This document shows positions 55,368 through 64,000 of a stretch of 64,000 nt of DNA, one piece after another. The notes under the pieces are model-generated. The model saw nothing but the letters and a program-made list of their open reading frames with translations, ran no database searches and was not told the DNA's origin. A program made the translations under genes and the position numbers. The DNA comes from Eledone cirrhosa (lineage: Eukaryota), in assembly GCA_964016885.1 (NCBI GenBank), contig OZ024740.1:68448001-68512000 (forward strand). The letters are read 5' to 3'. Position 1 is the stretch's first letter; every line of letters starts with the position of its first letter.

Positions 55368-55642
55368 GTGGACAAGTGTATGTGCGTGGAGATACGTAGA
55401 TACAAACGCATGTACGCATATATATCCATGAAAGAATTCAACTACGCTCGTGCACACAACCGCAGGCATTTCGTCAATAGATTTAAACATTAATGTCCAA
55501 AATATTAATTCTCTTTTCCTACTATACTATATCAAGCGTAGTGTTTTCCTGTGTTGTTATTTCATTGTTGACTTTTCACAAACACAGAAACACACACACA
55601 CACACATATATATATACATAGGTGTGTGTGTATATATGTATG

Positions 55643-55673
<31 letters not shown>

Positions 55674-55682
55674 GTGTGTGTG

Positions 55683-55718
<36 letters not shown>

Positions 55719-55764
55719 AATGTATATATATATATATATATGTGTGTTTGTGTGTATATGTATG

Positions 55765-55814
<50 letters not shown>

Positions 55815-55905
55815 CATATACACATACATATATACATACGTATACACACATACACACACGCACATATATATAAATATATATGTATGTATGTACGTATGTA
55901 TGTAT
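55175..55905. repeat. Compound (TA)n/(TG)n microsatellite region
   Basis: Direct sequence. Confidence 0.9.
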
Positions 55906-56442
55906 AGTATAAGAATGAATGAACAAAGAATCAGTGTTGCATCATAGCTTTTTTAATAACACATATATGTATATATATGTATATATATATATTGTACGTG
56001 TATGCCGTATCTGTATGCGTGTATGTATGTATTGCTGCGTGTGTATGAGTATGTATATGTGTGGTGAATGTTTGCATTTATATATATAAGTCGACATTTA
56101 ATCCTTTTATACCCCTTATATATGTGTTTACCTTTTATCCATGGAATGCGATGAAAGATTGTTTTCAAAATGTTTCAATAGGCAATGTATTAAATCTGAG
56201 ATCGCAAATTTTAAAATATTTGAAAATACTACGGCAAAGTAGCAATGTTAAATAAAGTTAACCAATGAAAGTAGAATGCTGTGTAGACTCGGGTGTGTAC
56301 TTAAGAAACATGCATTACAAACCCATGTATTTGGAACCCGCCCTACTTTATGGGACTCTGAGGTAGAGTTTTCTATTGCAATCGCTGGTTGATCGGAGAT
56401 TTGTGAGTGAAATGTTCTTGACGGAAACTGCCTGATAGCGCG

Positions 56443-56497
<55 letters not shown>

Positions 56498-57146
56498 TGT
56501 GGGGTGCATGAATGTATAAATGTATATTATAAATTATATACATACACATATATATATATATGTGTGTGTCTGCTTGTGTGTGTGGGTGTATGGATATATT
56601 AATGTCCAGGTGCGCGCTGTTCAGTGCTACTGGTAACATGTAACCAAATATAACCTGTGGATGGTAGGTCGTCGGCGACTAAACGACAGCAAGATTGGTA
56701 ATTATGGTAATTTTGGACACCCTGTTGTATGAAAAACAAGACCGTTGACTCATCTAACTTCATCCACCATCAAGGGTGGATGAACTTAGATGAGTCAACG
56801 GCCTTCCAATGTAGATTATCTTTTTTTTTGTGAAGAGAAAGATTCCTAGTCTACATTGAGACACCTCTCTGGTCACTCGCTTAGAAAACCTATGATTTGC
56901 TTTCCATTCAAAGATGTAGACCAGTTCTACTTTTTGGGTAAATGCACTCGATGTTCAAAGAATGGGATTGACCCAGTGCTAAGCCTTTCCTCACTCATAA
57001 AAGCTTCAACACAGGCATCGCTTCATATGTGACATATTTTGCGATACATGGCAAAGGTGGCTATACACAAGTTCCTAAAGCCCACGTCTGCAATCCTCAT
57101 GCTTAACTATCATGCGATGGCATCACTCGAAATCAAGCCCCAGCCA

Positions 57147-57224
<78 letters not shown>

Positions 57225-57901
57225 GTGTATGTGTGTGTGAGCCTGAGTCACCATATTTGAATATGTGTTAACACATTTTCACGATGTTACTGTTTGATTT
57301 TATCTCGTAACCTAACTATTTGACAAAAGAAAAAAGTATTAAAAAATCCACGAAGGAACAAAATCAATAGATCAACTGGTTGTCTCCATGATAATGATAT
57401 TTATTGTCTTGAATATGAAGATGTTAATGCAAGGAATATGGAAAACAATATATTTCCTTGTACACATTTTTTGACATTTTGCGAGGGAGATACTAAAGAA
57501 TGAGTGAAATTGAGCGAATTTTATTGAAGTAGTAATTATTGTGTTTATTTCTACTGCATATTGGTCTTTAAATGTGCTCAATGACGGAAAGATAATGGAG
57601 ATGTATTAGTTCTGAATGTTTAGCAAAATCACTCAAGTGACAGTTTATATGACATCGATCATGACCAACTTTTGATTATAACGTTGTGATAGATATCAAT
57701 CATCGATGAATGGAAATCTCAGTTTCCCACCATATCGAATTTGAAAAGAAAATATATATATATATAAATGTAAATGATATACAGGCAGGTACAGATTGGC
57801 CTTAGTAAATCGACGTTGATATGCCACTTCGTTCTGGTACCTTATTTATCAACTCCGAAAAAGTGAAAAGAAAATTTAACAATCATTATTGTAATCATCG
57901 A

Positions 57902-58093
57902 GGGCGATGGATTGGCAGTATCGGTAGAGGGTCGGACGCCATGCTTTGACGCATAGAGTTACGGCCCTTGCCATTCTGAGTTCAAATCCCGCCGAGGTTA
58001 ACTTTACCTTTCATCCTTACGGGGTCGATAAAATAAAGGACCAGTAATACACTGGAATAATTGCTGGCCTTGTGCCAATAGTAGAAACAATTA
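57902..58093 (+). mobile_element. SINE family S
   Basis: Matches the family consensus. Confidence 0.85.
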
Positions 58094-58343
58094 TTTGTAA
58101 TCAGATAGCCCGACCAAATACAACGAAGTATGTTAAAACGATGTTCTAAATAGTTCGCGAATCCTCCGTCTAATAACTGTTAGTAACATAATTAGAATTA
58201 AGTATCCGTATTAGAATCAAGAATCAGGCCCCGTATATTATTTATCGTTTTAATTCATTTAATCAATAATAGCTAATGACATCTAGTTAATTTTATGAAG
58301 TTACTGATAGAAATAATCAAGATAGGCTATGTATAAATATAGA

Positions 58344-58530
58344 ATTGTTTTTACTTTTGGCACAAGGAGAGCAATTATCCCAGTGCATTACCGGTACTTT
58401 ATTTTATCGACCCTGTATGGATGAAAGGCAAATTTAACCTCGGCGGGATTTGAACTCAAACCGTGAAGGCGCGTAACTCTATGCTGTAAAGCATGGTGTC
58501 CGACCCTCCACGGATACTGCCAATCCAACG
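58344..58530 (-). mobile_element. SINE family S with target-site duplication gctatgtataaatata
   Basis: Matches the consensus; duplication on both flanks. Confidence 0.85.
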
Positions 58531-60469
58531 CTATGTATAAATATATAATGGTAATTATTTACAATGTCATGGAGCCCCTGTTTACAGATTAAAACGTATG
58601 TAGCGTGTCTGGGACCATCATTGATCGGGATAGAATATTATCGATTTCTTCCTGGGAAATATAGAGTGAGAGCCAGAGCAAATGTGAACGAGAAAGAAAC
58701 GAAGCATCAACGCCCAATATTTGACTAATAATTTAATTATCAACCCTGAAAGAATGAAAAAGTTGACCTCGGTGTCATTTGAACTCAAAATGGAGAAAGA
58801 CAGAACGTATACTGTAAATACTTCTATATGGTGTTCTAACGATGTTGCATAGTTTGCAGTCTAATTACTCACAATAACCAACCAAATAAAATTGGAGTAA
58901 CATGAATTAGACATCCAACTCTGCAATTATCTACAATTTAAATGTGTCGTTGTCAGACAGAATCATAAATTATGAGAGAAAGAAAAGAAAAAAAATCAAA
59001 CAAAATTATAAGTTCACTATATTTAATTAGGCAAACACGTTTAACTAGATCGTTATTTATACTTATTTTAAATTTAATAAATCGTATGTGTTAATCACTT
59101 GATAAGGCGCGTTACTTAAGCGGTGGTGTGTTCGGATCACACCTGTCAGAGCGTATATTATATTGACGGTGATATGTTCTGTCTTTGAGTATGTTATTTC
59201 AGTTCTCGTTGCGCCTGTCCGCTCAATTGACTAAAATAAGCTTTACCACGAACCGAATCGCTAGCCGGGGCACACATTGTGTCATGCTGAATCTCCCTGA
59301 CTACTACATTAAAAGTGCACGTGGCTGTAGAATTTTCAGCCACTCTTACATTAATTGCATGATCAAATAAATAAACCCTAAATATGGATTCGACGGATGC
59401 CCAATGCACAAACACAGATATATGCACATACATATGCGAGTAAACACATATACACAGGGGCTTCCTGACAGTTTCCGTGTACATAAATTCCCGGTTGAAA
59501 TATTGGTCAACCTGAAATTATAGTAGACGGTGTTATGCTGTAGGATTGGAGCCTAAACTGAGTATAGTTGAAATTAGATTTACTCTCTCTCTCCTAAATA
59601 TACCGAAGATAATCAATCTAGAAGATTTATAAAAGAAGCATAAGTTTTATGATAATTTATACAAATAAATCCACAATAGGTGATGTCTACATTATATTTT
59701 GAAAAAATATATATGTATTTTTTAAATATAGATTCTTGATATGTGTATTAAAATATTAAACATAATTACAAAAATATGTATTTATCATAATTATATATAT
59801 AATAGTATATAATCACAGCAATTGTATATATATATATTATTATAATTACAAAACAAAGACTCATTTTAAAATCAACAACTAGAGGTGAATGGAAATACAG
59901 TAATTCAGAATTGCATTCGATAACGACCGTAACACTATTGGACGTATTTAATGTTTTTAATCTTGTATTGAAGTGTCTTTTATTCCAGCATCACCGGATA
60001 TATAAGCAATCATACCAATTGGAACGTTTGAATTTTGATAAATTAATAGTTTGCATGAAAAAACATTATGTTGCCTGCTGACGTGCAAAAGTGATTAAGA
60101 ATATGAATGTTGTTTTAATAATCATAATTTAATAATCATAATTTAATAATCGTAATTATAGAATTCCATAAATACTTAGAATATAGTACAAATGACGCAC
60201 AAAACAAATGTATGAGTCAAATTGAAGAAATTACTTTTTACAAAGACAAATGTAGGGTTACAAACCAGAATGTTGTGATAATAAATCAATCTTGTTATGG
60301 TAGCAACTGTACTGCAATAGTGAATGCATTGTGTGCATGTGTGTACGTTTTGTGTGCAACATTTAAAGTGTTACAAGCGAAAACCTCCATGGTTTTACCA
60401 ACGAAATAGTCTATATATAGCCTCTAATATATGTTAAATATTTTTTAATATTATAGATACCATTATAGG

Positions 60470-60730
60470 ATAGGTTCTCATCTATCCCCAGTTATGTGTA
60501 ACACTCCTCATCAGATATTGGTGAACAAGTTAGGCCATTGATGACAATGTTGCTAGAATGGGTTGTTGTTTTTCCCCGCATTACAGTCATATATGAGCAT
60601 TTATCTTGGACAAACTCCATTAAAATATCCTTTGAGAATGTTGTAACCAGGTCCATATTTTTCTTCATCCCATCTATGTTCTTAGCATAGCGTTTCAGAT
60701 CATCCACAAAGAAATTATCGGTTAGGTTCG
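60470..60730 (-). mobile_element. Dong/R4-type RT fragment
   Basis: NFFVDDLKRYAK..FSKDILMEFVQDKC..ECYT*LGI. Confidence 0.75.
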
Positions 60731-60891
60731 TATTTCTGTCCTCCTGTGAGCCAATGATGTATCCTTCACATTTCTTGAGCAGAAAGGACATGTATGTATG
60801 TATGTATGTATGTATGTATGTATGTATGTATGTATGTATGTATGTATGTATGTATGTACGTATGTATGTATGTATGTATGTATGAATGTAT

Positions 60892-61558
60892 GTTAAGAGA
60901 GTGGTTAAGAGAGTGAGACTGGCTTTGTGCAGTGCCTTTGCTCACTATAAAAGCTTCACGGCACAGGCATTGCTTTATATCTGGAGATCTCTCTGCACTT
61001 GTCGTCACATGGTACCATGGGCCCAGCACTATGTGTCAATAATTGTCACAAGTGTAATGTTTGTACCAGAGTTTTCAAGTCGCTGGCTGGACTAAAAAGT
61101 CACACTCGTTCAGCGCATCGGTAGGGGTTCTCCTACATGGATATAAAGTAGTGGCCGTACTCGAAAACGAGTTGGCAGCCACCATGTATGTATGTATGTA
61201 TGTATGTATGTATGTATGTATGTATGTATTTTCTTCTTTTAGGTAAATATCATCTTTGTTAAGAGAGTGGACTGGCTTTGTGCAGTGCCTTTGCTCACTA
61301 TAAAAGCTTCACGGCACAGGCATTGCTTTATATCTGGAGATCTCTCTGCACTTGTCGTCACATCGTACCATGGGCCCAGCACTATGTGTCAATAATTGTC
61401 TAAAGTGTAGTGTTTGTACCAGAGTTTTCAAGTCGCTGGCTGGACTATAAAGTGACACTTGTTCAGCGCATCGGTAGGGGTTCTCCTACATGGTTATAAA
61501 GTAGTGGCCGTACTCGAAAACCAGTTGGCAGCCACCATGTATGTACGTATGTATGTAT
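60892..61558 (+). mobile_element. Two tandem 5'-truncated LINE (RTE-like) 3' ends with (ATGT)n tails (60892-61228 and 61258-61558)
   Basis: About 285-bp duplicate encoding a C2H2-like HKCNVCTRVFKSLAGLKSHTRSAHR*; preceded by (ATGT)n at 60790-60885. Confidence 0.7.
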
Positions 61559-62064
61559 ATAACAAATAGATTTATCGCTTTAGATGGCTGAATACAATAA
61601 ATATAATCTGAGTTTTTTGAATATTAATATTAATATTCTATTCGTTTGCAATTCTGAAAATAGCCTTTTTAACAAACGTCAGTAGGTTGACCTTGTCATT
61701 CTTGGTGACTGGCCTATCTGCTGGTATGCAAATCTGGCTGATCAGTGGGTCTACTAATATGCAGATCTAACTGATCAGGCAGTCTGCTAATATAAAAATC
61801 AGGCCGATCAGTCAGTGTATATTTTAGAAAATATCATATGTTTTCACTAGCTCTGACAGTTAGGCGCTAAGCAGTATACTGTACTGATGAAACGCAATCA
61901 TACAGAAATATTAACGTCTGCCGTTCTGTTTGTATGCCAAGCCAAGGGCAAGAATGACCTCTTCATTCTACTGACATGCTTAAAAAAGTTGTTTTCATAA
62001 TGGCAAACGAATCGAATATTATTATTAATCTTCGAAAAACTTAGATTACATGTATGCAAATATG

Positions 62065-62120
<56 letters not shown>

Positions 62121-62151
62121 CGCGCGCGTGTGTGTGTGTGTATGTGTGTAT

Positions 62152-62335
62152 CACGGGTTTAATTGGGGGTATCCACAGTAAGTAAGGTACTGAATACATA
62201 ACAGAGTATAAATAGTTATTATGGAAATCGCGTCTACAGGACTAGAACTGTTTCATTCGAAGGAAATCATTCGCTTTCCTGATGATTTCCTTCTAATGAA
62301 ACAGTTCTAGTCCTGTAGAAGCCATTTCTATGTTA
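62152..62335. mobile_element. HHR family E fold-back insertion
   Basis: Homologous to 37533-37760. Confidence 0.8.
62273..62322 (+). ncRNA. Type I hammerhead, family E
   Basis: gctttc CTGATGA tttccttctaat GAAA cag ttctagtc ctg TA gaagc. Confidence 0.7.
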
Positions 62336-62351
62336 GATATATATGTATATA

Positions 62352-62823
62352 CAGGGTGCGGCAAAACGATCTGACTTTCGCGAATGCCTTCGACAGTGTG
62401 TCGACAATAACGACGGTCTTTAGGTTGATGTAATATTTAAGACAAAATAAAACAAAATGGATTTAAATGTATATTTAAATAGTTACATATCACTGAAATT
62501 CGAAGTAGTTGCCACAATCATTTACGTTCAATAATGAGGGCGGTGGATTGGCAGTATCGGTAGAGGATCGGACGCCATGCTTTGACGCATAGAGTTACGG
62601 CCCTTGCCATTCTGAGTTCAAATCGCACCGAGGTTAACTTTGCCTTTCATCCTTACGGGGTCGATAAAATAAAGTACCTGTAATGCACTGGGTAATTGCT
62701 AGCCTTGTGCAAAAGTAGAAACAATTATATGTATATTTAGAAAATAAAAATACTTTGTTCATTCTTTATTCTATTTCGCTTTTATTAAAGGTACAAATGT
62801 GTCAGATCATTTTGCCGCACCTG
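62352..62823. mobile_element. Tc1/mariner-type MITE interrupted by a SINE
   Basis: TIRs cagggtgcggcaaaacgatctgac and gtcagatcattttgccgcacctg; TA on the left flank. Confidence 0.7.
62538..62727 (+). mobile_element. SINE family S nested in the MITE
   Basis: Matches the family consensus. Confidence 0.85.
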
Positions 62824-63678
62824 AATTTATAAACAAAATACACATTACTTTATTAGAATATAATATCCATTTCGATGTTTTTTTTAATCGTACTAAATTG
62901 GTGGAGCCCCAGACAAAATGCTTTCCCTTTACAATTACTTGTTTCTTTATCTTCTAGTTTTATATTTCGCCAGGGTTGACTTTGTCTTTCATTCTTTAGA
63001 CATTGATAAAATAATGTACCCGTTAAAAACTGAGGGTTATCTTAATTGATTATCCTCGCCCCTCAGTAAAACTAAAGATAAAATAAACGCGTGGCTTTTT
63101 GTCTAAGGTAGATATCAATATCATTTCAATGGAGTTTATAAATATTAATATTTTAGATTTTAGGCAAGTTTCCAAATTTTAGATAGTTACATATTACTGC
63201 AAATCGAAGTTGTTGCCAAGATCATTTACGTTCTATAATCCAGAATAACACATCGGGTGTAATATATTGGACAATTTGTGTACAAGTCAAAAATGCATAA
63301 AACATGTAAGCTGTATGCATCCATTAGATCAATACATATATTCATTCTTGGTACGAAATATATTTCTCTTAAGAAATGTGTAAAGTGAATATGAGTTTCC
63401 CTACAGAATTATTAATGTGAATATAAAATACTAGGTGCATCCATGAATATTTCAAATTGTAGTCCACAGTTTCGAACCTATGTGGCTATAATATTGTAAG
63501 GTATATAAATATATATATATATATATAGTCTTCACATAGTCTTCTCTTAATGCATGACCGGCCTTGCACCCACAGCTCAGAATGTCATCTTACTCCGTCC
63601 CATTTGTTCTACACGCCAGTTCAGCCCCGCTATGAAGGAATTAACAATGTACATGATGACATCCCCAAATCAATGACC

Positions 63679-63743
<65 letters not shown>

Positions 63744-63748
63744 TATAC

Positions 63749-63871
<123 letters not shown>

Positions 63872-64000
63872 TTGATTTCTAAAAGATTGTTGGTGTCTAT
63901 TATGTGATGTGGTCATTTAGTATACTGAAGAAGCTAGTTAGACTGTAATAGAAGATGCAATCATTGTTTAACCTCATATCATTCAGCATATCAATGATCG

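Noticed and set aside
61718-61816. About 33-bp repeat in 3 copies, superficially CRISPR-like
   Set aside because: Degenerate tandem minisatellite with no spacers, in a eukaryotic context with no cas genes
61877-61905. ctgta CTGATGAAAC gcaatca tacag as a minimal hammerhead
   Set aside because: CUGAUGA and GAAA overlap, and there is no helix II or III

Overview
This is AT-rich, microsatellite-dense eukaryotic DNA, probably from an octopus or other cephalopod (inferred from repeat style only). No host protein-coding gene can be supported, and most ORF-track entries are translated (TA)n/(CA)n microsatellites. The window is a mosaic of mobile elements: Dong/R4-type and Tx1/L1-type LINE fragments, RTE-like 3' ends, a decayed mariner transposase, a MITE, about 9 copies of one tRNA-derived SINE, and three large Penelope-like elements (PLEs; RT plus GIY-YIG). 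One PLE is full-length with tandem pseudo-LTRs and one has about 590 uninterrupted codons. The main hidden signal is RNA structure. Reading both strands by eye gives about 20 type I hammerhead ribozyme (HHR) motifs in about 9 different repeat families. They occur in PLE pseudo-LTRs and in ORF-less tandem or circularly permuted units of about 445-540 bp (retrozyme-like). Three families carry a U3-A8 covariant core (UUGANAA), one carries CAGAAGA, most have a self-complementary helix III loop, and most abut (TA)n tracts, often with fold-back inversions. All folds were made by hand and none has been tested for activity.
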